DNA of 64,000 nucleotides from Eledone cirrhosa (lineage: Eukaryota), in the NCBI GenBank assembly GCA_964016885.1, contig OZ024743.1, positions 275,900,001 through 275,964,000 of the forward strand. Reading direction: 5' to 3'. The number at the start of each line of letters is the position of its first letter. The first letter of the stretch is position 1. The notes below the pieces were generated by a model. It was given only the letters and a program-made list of their open reading frames with translations. It ran no database searches and was not told where the DNA came from. Shown piece by piece: positions 12,549-26,250 of the stretch. A program made the translations under genes and the position numbers.

Positions 12549-13794
12549 ATATATATATATATCATCATCATCATCATCATTTTACGTCCGCTTTTCCCTG
12601 CTTGGGACGTATATATACATATATATATATATTAAAACAATTAAATAGACCTCTATTGTCTACTGTTAAATGCTATCAGATGTTTGGTTGCAGAAACACA
12701 AGAACAAGAACACGGAATTCTGCCAACTAGATGTGGACTGTCTAACATCAATCTAAATACTAGTAAAATGTAAGATTGGTCAATAGAAAACACGGGATTA
12801 CAGCTAGTTTAATAGGAACCTTAGCTTCTGGTGCCAATATAAATACTGTAGATTGTCTTAATTAGACCTCTTTGAATCTAAATCACAGCACAGACTATTT
12901 TAATCAATGACACTGTGTACAAGTATGGGGAGAAACTTATTACAAATATATTTTAATGCCAGCATGGAAAAATGGATGTTAAACGGTGATGATAAGGATT
13001 ATTATTATTCATTCCGTTAACCATATTTCCAATGTTACTAAATCCCCTCAAATTCTTGATTATTTTCAAAATTATTTGAAAATCATAGGTAGTGTTTTTC
13101 ATTGGAAATATGTATAACAAAAGAATTAATCATTAAAATATTATCTAACTTTATCATTATCAAGATTCTAACATAAAATTATGATGGAAGGTTTTTAGAT
13201 AAACATAAACACTTTAAAATATACAACTTAGTATAGTAAGAACTATAACCATTTTCAGGCAGTTTGGTATCAATCAAGTTAATAAAATGAGATGACCACA
13301 GCAGGAATGTTCTTGATCATGATAAGTCCGCTGGGGAAGCTCAACAAAACTACGGCTTTCAATAAAACCCATGATGAGGTATGATGGTTCTGACAACCAA
13401 GGCTATAAATAAATGCTTTAAAGGTAGCTTTTTATTCCTTTTTTACCTCTTTCTGTCTTCACCCTTCCCTACCTAAAATTACATTAATTTTCATCTGAAA
13501 TGAAAACTCGTGGATCAACAACAATAAGGTGTGTTGTTGTGTTGCTGTTACACAGGAATAGCATTAAGAAGAAGAAGAAGAAGAAGAAGAAAACAGCAGC
13601 AGTGTAATATTTTCTCTTTTGTTGTTTGAATATGATAATTCCTTCAGTTCCAACACATCACCTACCTTCCCCCCACCACTCAGTACAAAACTAAAAACTG
13701 AACAAACAAAAGCAAATATAAAGTGTGTGTGTGCATGTATGTATGGATATATGTGAGGAGTGTGTGTGTGTATTATATAAAATTTGGAATGGTG

Positions 13795-13796
<2 letters not shown>

Positions 13797-13851
<55 letters not shown>

Positions 13852-13980
13852 TAAATATATAAATATATATATATATATAAATATAAATATATAATATATA
13901 AATATAAATATATATATAAATATATATAAATATATATAAATATAAATATAAATATAAATATAAATATATATATATACATA
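13797..13980. repeat. (TA)n/(TAAA)n microsatellite
   Basis: Direct inspection. Confidence 0.95.
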
Positions 13981-14724
13981 TGTATGTGCAAAAATCTGAT
14001 AAGTCTTCTTGCAGCAATGGCAACAGCAGCAGCAGCAACAATCAGATAGTGGCCCAAAGAAAAGGGAAAAGATAGAGAGAAAGAAAGAAGGAAAAAACAG
14101 TCAGCACCATTTCTAAAGGCGATGAAATAATTTATCATACTTTACCAAAAAATAAATAAGTAAAATAACAATGAATAAGTATAATAATAATGACGATGAT
14201 GATGATGATAGTGAAAAGGATAATAATGAAAATGTCAGTGATGATGGTTGTTGTTGTGGTGGCAGTGGTATTGGTGATGATTATAGTGGTGGTGGTGGTG
14301 GTGGTGGTGGTGTTAAGTATGTATGTATATATGTGTATGTATGTATACATACACACACATATATATACATAAATATATAGATGTATGTATATGTGTCTTT
14401 CTCTCTCATTTATTTTTATATATATATATATGTATATATAAATGCAAACTTGGAATGGAAAGAAATGTGAGAAATGTTATCAATAGCAGTGTAAGGAATA
14501 AAGAAAAAATAACCAACAAATAATAAAATAATAAAAATAAGTAATAAAAAGACTGCTGCTGCTGATGCCAGTGCCAACAACCTTCTAACTAAATAAAAGA
14601 TCCTGAAAGCAATATAAGTAAAACAGCAGAATTCTTTTTTTAAGTTTTTTAACATGAACAACAGCTTTAGCCAGTTCACATTTAGCTATGTTATATATAT
14701 ATTATACACATTCATCTTGGGTTT

Positions 14725-14786
14725 GTATGTGTGTGTGTACACACACACACACACACATACACACAGAGCCACTTATACACACACAC

Positions 14787-14817
<31 letters not shown>

Positions 14818-14937
14818 GACACACAGTCACATGCTTCATACACATAAACATGCATACAGACATACACATATACATACACACATTCAGATGCATACATGCT
14901 CTCACACACACATACACACACATATATATATATATAT

Positions 14938-14971
<34 letters not shown>

Positions 14972-14982
14972 GATATACACAC
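14725..14982. repeat. Compound (CA)/(TA) microsatellite
   Basis: Direct inspection. Confidence 0.9.
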
Positions 14983-15415
14983 AATGTTGCTATTGGCCCA
15001 AGACAGATATCTGCTTCATCCAAACACAATGCTAACAACAATACTTGGCAATTGCCTTGCTTGCAAAACAGTAAATATGCACGATGCATGCACCAAGCAC
15101 CACCACATGCCAGCCACCAGCTACAGCCACAGCCACAGACACACACACAAATATTTGCTATATAACTGCATCATATTAACAATTTTCTTTTTAAATCAAT
15201 ATGCACAATGCAGCTGAAGCCATCTAATGTATGCCCTGCATTAGGTTACATCACGAGGTGGTGGGTGTGATGTACAGAGAGGGGTGCAGTGCAGGACAGG
15301 GTGGGTTTTCCCTATCTCCCTCTTTATGGCTTTGGTTTGGCTCTAATACATAACAAAAGGAAGAGAAGCAAATAATTCAGACCCCCCCCCTTTTTTTAGC
15401 ACAGTGTTACTATAC

Positions 15416-15464
<49 letters not shown>

Positions 15465-16174
15465 TGTGTGTATCTGTGTGTGTGTGTGAGTGTGTGTGTA
15501 AGTAAGTAACTCCCTTTATCCCACTTCAAACTCATTGTTGCCATGTTATGTCTCTGAGAATCTTATATGAGAGAGAGAGAGAGAGATGGGTATTGAAAAG
15601 GAATAAGAATGAGAGAGAAGAATCCATTATTTTTTAAGGGCTCTGAAATTCATTGGTCAAAGCTACACTACTATCACCCCCACCAACAACATCAACATCA
15701 CCGTCAATTCAACATCAGCTTTAACTTAGATAGTATAAACTGCATGTGCCTGAAGAATATTTTTAGTCCCCTTCTCTATCCCCATCCCCACACAGTATCT
15801 CTGTGGCTGCTGTCTGTCAGAACAACTGATTGTCTCACTGGTCTCCATGTCTTTTTTTCTGATGCGCAATGTCAATCAATGCTCAAATGAAATAAACCAC
15901 AAGCTGGATCACTTATTTCTATACAGCTGATAAAAAAAAACAATAAATAACAACCACAAGGTATCAATTGAGTAAACTAGAATGATTTTCAACAACTTTA
16001 ACCCTTTCATTACCATATATCTAATGAAAGACACAGCCTATGATTTTCAATTCATTTTTGGGTATGTATGAACCCATAGAGGTGCCAGACTAACATACAA
16101 CATTTCTTGGGCATTTTAAACCTGGCAGAACCCATCCCTTCTCATGATCTGAACACAGCTAAACCCCCTTCCCC

Positions 16175-16297
<123 letters not shown>

Positions 16298-16637
16298 GAA
16301 TTGGGTAAGATATATATAGAGGAAAAATAAACCCCAGTACTGGACAGGTACTTATTTTTTTAATCAACTTTAAAAGGATGAAAAACAAAGTTGACCTCAA
16401 CCGGATTTGAACTCTGGACACAGAGAGCTGGAACAAATACTACAAAGCACTTTATCTGATGTTCTGTCAATTCGCCGTCTCAATAAATTTTTACAATAAT
16501 TAAAAATTTGGAGAAATATAATGGTATAACTAAAAATGAATACCACAAAGCATTTTATCCGAATTTTTAACGGCTCTGTCAATTTGCAACCTCAATCAAT
16601 TTTAACAATAATTAAAAATTTAGCAGAATTTAATAAT

Positions 16638-16848
16638 TGTTTCTACTTTTGGCACAAGGCCAGTAATTATCCCCAACAATTTTGGGAGATGGGAAGTTGA
16701 TTAAATCAACCCCAGTGCATTACTGATGCTTTATTTTATTGACCTCGTACGGCAAAATCAACCTCGACGGGATTTGAACTCAGACCATAACTCTATGCTG
16801 CAAAGCATGGCATCCGACCCTCCACCGATACTGCCAATCCACTGCCCT
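16638..16848 (-). mobile_element. Full-length SINE S1 with 14-bp target-site duplication
   Basis: CAGAATTTAATAAT at 16624-16637 and 16849-16862; reverse B box GGGATTTGAACTC and A-box-like CTGCCAATCCACTGCC. Confidence 0.88.
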
Positions 16849-19297
16849 CAGAATTTAATAATATAATTAAGTAACACATTATTTAAAAAAAAATCTTACA
16901 AAAAAATTATAATTGAAGTTTTGAATTTAAACATGAACACTTTAAAAGAAACAGTTTTTCATCCAAGAACCATGGGTGATTTCAGGAAGTTTGGTATCAA
17001 AATGGTTCATTATACAAGTAAACAAGGAATCTTCTCTGATGTGGCCACTCAACTCTTTTGTGACCAATATTTCTAACAAGAACATAATGCTTTTGTGTTT
17101 TAATTATCAAATTAGTCAAGAATTATGAGAGGTTTAGTGAATTAGATAATTTTCATTGAAGCACTTAACTGCAAGACATACGGTTTATGTTAGACTTTAA
17201 ACAAATGACAAAGCTTGCTTAAATGGTGTCATGAAGAGATAAGCAGGGATCACACACATCTATAACAGACTTTTGCATTTATTTTTAAAACCAAATTTCA
17301 GTCATAAGGCCTTGTTCAAAGTGCCATGCAATGGGCTCAAACTTAAAACTATGTGGTTGTGATATGAACTTCTCAACCACAAATATTCCAGCACATATTA
17401 CACTCACACACACACACACAATTGGTTGATTAATAATACAATGAACAGATATGTAATAGATAAGGAACTATTTCTCAATTCAGAATTGAAATCTTGTTAC
17501 TGCTAATACTACAATTAATAACCATCATCTCCCCTCCCCCACTTTCACACACACACACCATTACAAACATCTCACTTATCATCCATCATCACTCTACCAA
17601 CACAACACCCCACCACTACCCCACACACACCACCACCACTACCCCATACACACCATCACCACCACCCATCATTACTAACTACTATTAATAAACACCACTA
17701 ATATTATAATTATTACTATTACTACTACTACTACTACTACAAATACACACTATTAACCCCATCCATCCATCCACTAACTCCAACCATTACAGTGCTGCAC
17801 TGAACAAGTAAATAGTTATTGAAACAGGCCATGGACAAAAATGGCCACCACCTCCCCACCCCTCCAAGCCTCCTTTATCTCTAGTAGTCAACGTTGCTGT
17901 TATCTCTAATGTCTAACACACACAGGAGCTACATACATACATTTTAATCAAGATCTTTTTCACTGGCTGCTTTAAAGAATATTGTAACCAAATATTATAA
18001 ATAACTTTTTAATGAGTACACTGTTAATTATATTAAAAGAATATTGCTTTTATTACACAAGGGATGGAATGTATGGAGGACTTGACCCTCCACCCCATCA
18101 CTGGGTGGATGAGTTGGAGTAGGTTAGGGGTGGTTCTAAGCCCAACTAACTAAATTCCAAAAAAGAAGCCACCCATATACTTAACTTCTGTTGTTTATTT
18201 TACTAAGCTGCACTACCTTTAAAATGTAATAGAGATAATACATGTATGCACATACTGAGTACATATAGACATGTCTGTGTGGTTAAGAAGTTCAGTTTGC
18301 AACTATATGGGTTTTGGGTTCTATCACACTACACATAGGTCTTTTTCTCCCTCATCCATATCTTCTGGTAAGAAAAAATATTAGAGGCAAAATTTGGTAG
18401 ATGGAAAATGTGTGGAAACTCATTGAAGGAATCATTAACTGTCATCAGAGAGGGGTGGGGCTTAAATTTCATTCAATCCATTGCTCAGTTTAACACCGTC
18501 ATTTACTGTTTGAAACATACATGTCAGGTGTCTCTCTGGTCTGAAAATAGCTTTCATTAACCAGTCTGAGAAGGCCCTGAAAAGGATCTCAGGTAATGAC
18601 CTTCTTCCTCTGAATAAGCAATTGAAAAAATAAAAATTCTCTGAGTATATATTTTAATTTTGTATGCTCATTCTAAAACTTAGCCTTAGAATTATTGCAA
18701 ATTAGAGTGCCCACCCAGAATCTGCTGAAGCAGCCATCTTGGCCTCACCCCCTACACACACACTTAAAACCTGGTGGTGGGCTTGAGAAGGTGTTAGAGA
18801 TATTCTTCAGAGACATCCAATATGTTGTAGCTAAATTAAAGTTGATGATAAATTGATAATGATGGTGATGATGATGATAACTGGCCATGGAACTGAATCA
18901 TCAAGCCCTTTTAAACTCTTGACATTCTGCTATGATTCAGCAGAAAATATCCTAAAACAGGTTTCATCATCATGCTTTTCATATTTTTAGCAGGGTTTTT
19001 TTCTGGCTCAATGCCCTTCCTATCATCAATCCCTTTACAGCATGGACTAGGTCCATTATTTGTACCACCAGTACTAGAAATGTTGTTTTATTGGGCTCAA
19101 GAATCATGTTCATCCTGTATCAGTTATTATTTGGTGTGTCTACTCTCCTAGATAGGTAGCCTTCACTACAGCTTACAAAGCCTATGTCTTCCCTGTGCAG
19201 TGGTTTTTTAAATCAGGGTCACTGCCCTCCTAGGTTTCTTAATTCAAATGTTTATAGTATCTTTAAATGTAAGAACCGTTGTTAAAAACCAGCTTAA

Positions 19298-19486
19298 CCC
19301 TTTAGCATTGACATCACTCTATATTTACTATTGTATTTTTGTGGTAAATATCGAATCTATGAGAGTTTGATATTATTCATTTTGAGAACACTACCTTAAC
19401 ATCAGTATAAGTGGCTAGTTATGGCCTGTTTGAACAGAAAAGTGAGAGAATTCTGGCTGGTCACAGCCAGTTTAAATGCTAAAGGG
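19298..19486. mobile_element. MITE M1 copy
   Basis: TTAA|CCCTTTAGCATT ... AATGCTAAAGGG|TTAA, perfect 12-bp TIRs. Confidence 0.9.
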
Positions 19487-21441
19487 TTAATAATGTGAAA
19501 GTGAGTTGCATTACTAAATCATTTCAATTTTTTTTTTATTTCCAAAATAATCTGAACATGGTAGGCAGTGTCTTTTCTGAGACATATGGAAACTAAAGAT
19601 AGGGTTAAATATCTATTTGTTAATTGTAGTTACAGTGACAAAGAGATTTGAAGGAAATTGACCAGCACATTATTTGTCTTGGACAGTTGGCTCCATTCTA
19701 GAAAGCATTAGCAGCAACCCTGTCTAATTGTTAACTATATAGATGTAGACTAGGAAAAGGGGAGGGAGAGGCATGGCAGTTGGTGTATGTAAAAAGGGGT
19801 GACAGTAGTTGTGTGAATTTATGATTATATATATATAGAGAGAGGGGGGGGTGAGAGAGAGGGGAGTGAGATAAAGAGTGAGTGGAGAGAGACAGAGACA
19901 GAAAGAAAGAGGTTGAAAGATAGTTAATGAGGAGGAAAAGTGAGACAAAAGTAAAGAGATAGGTTGAAAAAAAAAGAGAGATAGACAGAAAGACTGTGCC
20001 CAGTCCCCAACCACTGCTGACAACTCCTCATGTTGCCTGAGAGAGAAAAGCTACCCTTCTCCATTCTCCATTGTATCACTACTCCCCAGATAGCAGCAAA
20101 CCTTAATCAAATGTTCATGCTTCATTCTCATTGAATAGATGACACTTATCAAATCAAGCAATTCTCTTTTCCAACAGGAACATTGAACAGAAAGCAGTCA
20201 GGCGTGAGAAGATATGCTCTAAAGGCCATTTAAGGTAACAGATAGTGAACCAGCACCTATAAATCACAGCTACACAAGAATCTAAGAAATAAATCAACAA
20301 CTAGTACTGTCCAAGATCTTCTCCATTCAACCTTCATGACCACTGCTGCCACCACCACCATCATCATCATCATCACTGTCATAACATTATGATCACTATT
20401 ACAGCAATCATCATCACCACCACCATTAATATTGTTATTATTGTGACCAGGCCTTAACCTCTTCCACATCCCTACATCCCCTCATCTATGTGCATGTACA
20501 CACTGCCAATCAGTCAGTATTAAGCAGAGAAATAATAATAATAATAATAATAATAATATATATATATATATATAATAAGAGTGATAGACTGTAATGTGAT
20601 ATACCTTACAACTTGCTTCAAATACCATTTTAATGGGATTACACCAAAGCATATATTTTCAATTCAAACTCATTGGATCTTAGTCTTTCTGGTTGGTTTA
20701 GCAGAAGCACAGACTTTAGAACTATTTCAGGTTTCTGATGAAAGGCAGAGAAGGAACAAGGTGGGAGAACATGGAAGGACGGGGTTGGATGTGGGAAGTG
20801 GCGAGATATGTGCTAGGAGGGGCTGGGGGGTTAGAGTGGAATTTCTCTCCTTAGCAAATGTTGAATTATATTTACAGAGAAAGAGAAAATTGTAAGAGTC
20901 AGGTAATAATCATCTCAAATGTTTGTTTATGTGTGAGAGAGAGAGAGTGTGTTTATGTATGGATAGATTGATATATGCATATGCACGTTGGTATGTGGCT
21001 GTGTGTGTGTGTGTGTATGTACATGCATCCATGTGTGTGTGTATGTATATATAATTTATGTACGTATGTATGCATGAATGGGTGGATGGATTGATAGAGG
21101 GCAGGAAAGAAATAAGTGTTTGTAGGAAGACATGAAAAAAAGAGGGTGGATAAAGTACAAAGGAAGGGATGAGACATAGCAGAAATAGAGAGGAGGAGGG
21201 AGTGAATATATTGGTGACTGCATGATGATGGACTAGGGAATAAAGACAAACAAGATAAATAAGGAAGGTTTTAGCAAAGAAAACGAAAAAAAAAAAGAAT
21301 AGAAAACAATACTTGAAATGAGAAGAAAAGATTGAAATGTGATGGAGAGATACAAGCATGAACAGGGAGAAATGATGAAATATAATTGCTTTTTAGATAG
21401 CAACAAGGCCAAAAATTTGGGTAAGGAGTATGGTTGGTTAA

Positions 21442-21667
21442 CCCTTTAGCATTTATATTAATTACTCTATATATACTATTGTATTTTTTGTGGTAAAGGC
21501 TTTATATTACATAATTATCTCTCATAATATTGAATCTAAGGGATTTTAATGCTATTTATTTTGAGAACAATACCTTAACATAAGTATGAGCGGCCAATTA
21601 TGGCCTGTTTGAACAGAAAGAGGTGAGAAAATTCTGGCCGGATATGGCTAGTTTAACTGCTAAAGGG
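21442..21667. mobile_element. MITE M1 copy nested in a SINE S1 (about 21400-21785, -)
   Basis: TTAA|CCCTTTAGCA ... TGCTAAAGGG|TTAA; removing it restores a contiguous S1 sequence. Confidence 0.88.
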
Positions 21668-22293
21668 TTAAATTGACTCAAGTATTCAACTGGTACTTTA
21701 TTTTATCAATCCTTGGGAGGATGAAAGGTTAAGTTGACCGTAACAGATTTTGAACTCAGAATGCATTGATGCTGTAACTATATACTATGAATGAGAAAAG
21801 GTAAAAATGAAAGAATTTAGAAATATGGGAGAGGGTGGGGTAGAAAAAGAAAAGAAAAGCGATTGAAAATGAAAAGATGGTTTTTAATAATATCAGCTTG
21901 AAATATGAACAATATAAGTCTAATTGTAAATAATAATAAGCAAGAAAAATGTTCATTTTGTATCTTAAGAGAAGCCAGTGAGTAGTATTCTTTGTAATTA
22001 CAAACATTTCTTTAATCAATTTAATTAATTTAGATGGGTGGGAAGGTGGTGGATGTGGTTATATTATAAAATATAGTGTGATCTCTTTTCTTGTCTATAT
22101 GAGGTAGGATTTATTTTATGATATTACAATGAATTCATATTTCAAACATCACAGAAGAAACAGATTGTAGATGAAAGCAGCAGTAATGGCAATGATAATG
22201 ACAACAATAATAGCAATAACTATAACTACTTATAGTAGAATTGAACCTAATATTTTCCCTCCCTCATTTTCCAGAAATGAAATGCTTACTTAA

Positions 22294-22547
22294 CTCTTTT
22301 GATACCAACCCACCTGAATCTGCCCCAGGTTCTATGATACAAAGCTATTTGCTTTAAAGTGTTTATATAAAAACATTCCATCATAATGTGATGTAAGAAC
22401 CTTCATTAAGTTGTATTCCACACACCAGCATAATAATGAGAAAGTTTTGTTACTAAATCCCATCAAATTCTTATTTTGATTATTTCAAAATTATTTGTAT
22501 AGGTGTTGTATTTTATTAGATATATGATAGGAAAATAGGAAAATAGT
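22294..22547. mobile_element. Decayed TTAA-flanked MITE, family M2
   Basis: TTAA|CTCTTTTGATACCAACC... with internal TTACTAAATCC...TCAAAATTATTTG; related copies near 13020-13280, 16870-17010, 34127-34372, 47068-47571 and 60387-60592. Confidence 0.65.
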
Positions 22548-23494
22548 TAAACTCGCCCTCAATGTATGGGTTTGCTAAAGTGATGCCAAAATATCATTAC
22601 TCTCTTCTTCTATACATACATCCTCTAAATTAAGACAGGTAAAGATAATTGTGGACAATCTTTCCCTACTAAATTTTGGATTAGTACATGTTTGGCAATG
22701 ACTTGATTTGAAAGTATATGTGTTGAAACTGAAAAACACCATGGCAAAGTCATTTTAGCTATTTATTTAAAAAAACACAATGACTGTTATATACAATTTT
22801 CCCCCTTCCAGAGCATTAAAATTTTAATTATACTTCTTGTGATCAGATCACTGACAAATTTCAGCTGTAATACAATAATTTCAATCGGGTCATTGACACA
22901 TTTCCACAGAGACTCAAATTGTGTTGCAATCCAGTTGCATTAGTGATGAAGTTTCAAGGAGTGTAATGAAAAATGTCTACACCACAAAAGAATTTCTTTC
23001 ATGCATCCATCGATCAAAGAGACTGAGCTTCCAATGGTAATAGGAGCAGCCATGACATATGGTGTGCCTTTGGCAATTTATGCCTGGTGGGACCATACCT
23101 CTCAGATCTAAACACACTTGATTTCTTTCAAAGAATCAGAAAGAGAGCAAGAGATAGAAAGTATGAAATAGATATAGAGGAAAAATGCACTCCAAAACTG
23201 AACTTATTTTGACCATAAAAGGATGAAAGGCAAAGTTGACCTTGGCAAGATTTGAACTCAGAGCACAAATAGTCAGAATACTACAGAGCATACTATTCGA
23301 CATTCTAACAACTTTGCCCATTCGCTGCCTTGAAAGAAATATGAAAGAAATCAATGAAAGGTGAATGAAGCAGCTTTTGTTTGTGTGTGTTTTCATTGGC
23401 TAAAATGATTCTTCTCTTTACTAAAACATTGTAAAAGGATTAGTTGAGAGGAAACAATCACCTGGCTATCATAGATACAAAGTTACATATATAC

Positions 23495-23680
23495 ATACAT
23501 TATACAGCATTTGCATGTCTTTAAATGTCAACATAAATATATAAACATACAATTACATATAGCATTCACATGTCTTTAAATGTGAACATAAATATATGAA
23601 CACATACACATATACATATATAGTATTTACATGCCTGTAAATGTGAATATAAATATATAAACACACACATATACATTCTC
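23495..23680. repeat. Three degenerate ~56-60 bp tandem units
   Basis: AGCATT..CATGTCTTTAAATGT.AACATAAATATAT repeated three times. Confidence 0.8.
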
Positions 23681-25736
23681 ATAGTAAATGGAAATGAAGT
23701 AGAAAGTTTGTTGTTAAAGTAGTTTGATATTCAGTTAATCAAACACCTACTTGAAACAGCAGCTAACAGAAGTTGTCATGCAATCTAAAGATTCTAGAAA
23801 AATAGGAAGTAAATACAAAAAAAAAAAGGACAGCTGAAATAAGCTGAGGATTTTCAACTACTTTATTTTACTGCCGAAAAACAGCAAAGGCATTACAGAA
23901 AACCAATAGTATAGCTAACTAAGTCAGCCAGATGGGAATTACTATCCTCCTCATCATCATCCCCCTCCTTCTCATCATCATCACCATCGCCATCTAACGT
24001 CTATTTTCTATGCTATTTGTATGGGTTAGATAGGTTGTCACATTCTGAGGTTAGACAGGTCAGGCGACCATGTCTAGCTCATACAATCAATTTTGGGCTT
24101 GGTCTTCAATGATTTGATGCCCTTCTCAATGCAAACCTCTTTATTGTGTATACTGGGTTTTTTTGTTTTTTTTGTGGCACTAACACGACCACTTTACAGG
24201 GTAGACTGGATGCTTTTTGTAGTGGCACCAGCACTGTGTAAATAAAATTACAGTTGACTTGCATCTTACATAACTTTGAATGTACATGGCCAGAAAATAT
24301 TTTTAAAAGAGGGAAAGAAAAAAGAAAGAGCTGTCAAACTCTCTGACATCCTATTCTACACCTAATGTATGGGAGAAAACTCTAAACCCTTCCATTCTCA
24401 TTCTTTTCATGAGTTTCCTCAATTTTTCAAGAACCTGACATTAAGCTTCTCCAAAATCATAGGCACTTTTATATAAGAGTCTTAAATGTGCATTTAAAAA
24501 ATTTTTTATTTAATAACATGTTGAGAGTGGGGTAGGGAATCAAATGACCATGTTAGATACGAGGGGAGGGGCTTACTGTATTGATCAAATGTCTCGGAGA
24601 CAAGGGTTTCATTTTTTAGGCGCTGACATCTGTTGTAGTGCTGTGCATAGATGATTACATGCCAAACTTGAATTAAGACGTGGGAGTAAAGGAGCAAGGG
24701 AGGAAACCACACAGGACTTAAGAACACTAACAAGTTCCTGTTAGAAAATGTTGGTGAGGTCATCTGTCAATATCATTGCCTAATTAATGAAAAACACACT
24801 TTTAGAAATTAATCAACCAGCAAGCAGCCTTTGTGGGACACATCATTATGACTGACAGTCATCACTAACACTGCTAACAAAAACCACCACCACCACAATC
24901 ACACACAAGAGAGTTTTTACAGTCACTTGGCTTGTTAGAAATAGCAGCCAAATCTCCCACACATCACACCTCATTCTCTTTCTTAGATACATAACTAGAC
25001 AACCTTTAATCAAAGGGCTGCACAGCGAAGGTTGACCCAGAGCTAAACCACAACCAAACTCACAACTCATACACAATAGTAGCAAAGTAAACCTAATTAC
25101 TTTGCAAACATTATATGATATAATCAGACACAAATTGAACTTCAAGACTCTCTCTTGCTCTCTCACTTTCTCTCTCTCTCTCCTTAAAAGTAGTAATTAA
25201 TTACTTATCAAATTATATTCTAATCAAGATAGACAGATCTGTTTATATATTTTATAGTCAACCATTGAATTATCTCAGCTCAAAGGAAAACTAAAGAAAT
25301 ATGAAGAAATAATTTAATTTCTTTTTTTCTACACTGTTTAGTCATGAAAGGAAAGGCAGAAGTTTTTTTGTTTTTTTTTTAATGACTCTGGCACACTTAA
25401 CCTCATTGATGCTTAGAAGGAAGCCTGGAAATGCTGCTATGAAAGATTGATAAATATAGAGAATGAATGGAAGAAAGAGTGACCACCATTCAGTAAATTC
25501 AACTGAGGGGTTGGCTATTAAATTGGACAGGGTCAAAAGAGTGATCAGGGAGAACGGATGTTGAATGATGATGATTATTAGTTCTTTTTATTACTGGTTT
25601 TCTTCATACAGGTAAATGTTTTAACAAACAGAATGATGCAGGCACACACATATATATCAACATCATCATCATCATCATCATCATAAGCATCATAACATAT
25701 AAATATATATATACACATACATATATACATATATAC

Positions 25737-25803
<67 letters not shown>

Positions 25804-25861
25804 CACACATACATACGTATATACATACACACACACACAAATATATATACATACACACATA

Positions 25862-26250
25862 TCATTATCATCATCATCATTAGCGTTTAATGTCCATTTT
25901 TCCACGGTAGCATGGTTTAGACGAGTAGTCTCATTGTGAGATAAATCAGATCAGATGACTGTGTCTTACTCACACAGAACTGTTTCTGGCTTGGCTTCTG
26001 TGGTTGAAGGCCCTTCCTAATGTCAACCACATTTACAGCATGGAATAGGTGCTTTTTATTGTGGCACGAAAATGACCAACTCACAGGTTAGACTGAATGC
26101 TTTTTGTTGTCACCAACACAACCACTTTATAGGGTGGACGGGGTGCTTTTTGTTGCATAACCAACACACCCACTTTACAAGGTGGACTAGATGCTTTTTG
26201 TCATGGCACCAACACAACTACCTTACAGTATGGGCTGAGTGCTCTTTAGA
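25862..26250 (-). mobile_element. LINE-A-related 3'UTR fragment with five ~46-bp internal tandem units
   Basis: (CAT)n tail, terminal hairpin remnant, GCCCTTCCTAATG, then five ACCAC..TTACAG..TGGACT..TGCTTTTT units. Confidence 0.7.

Noticed and set aside
20731-20760. Possible 30-nt microexon (VSDERQRRNK)
   Set aside because: Short pyrimidine tract and weak donor GTGGGA; unsupported without RNA data.
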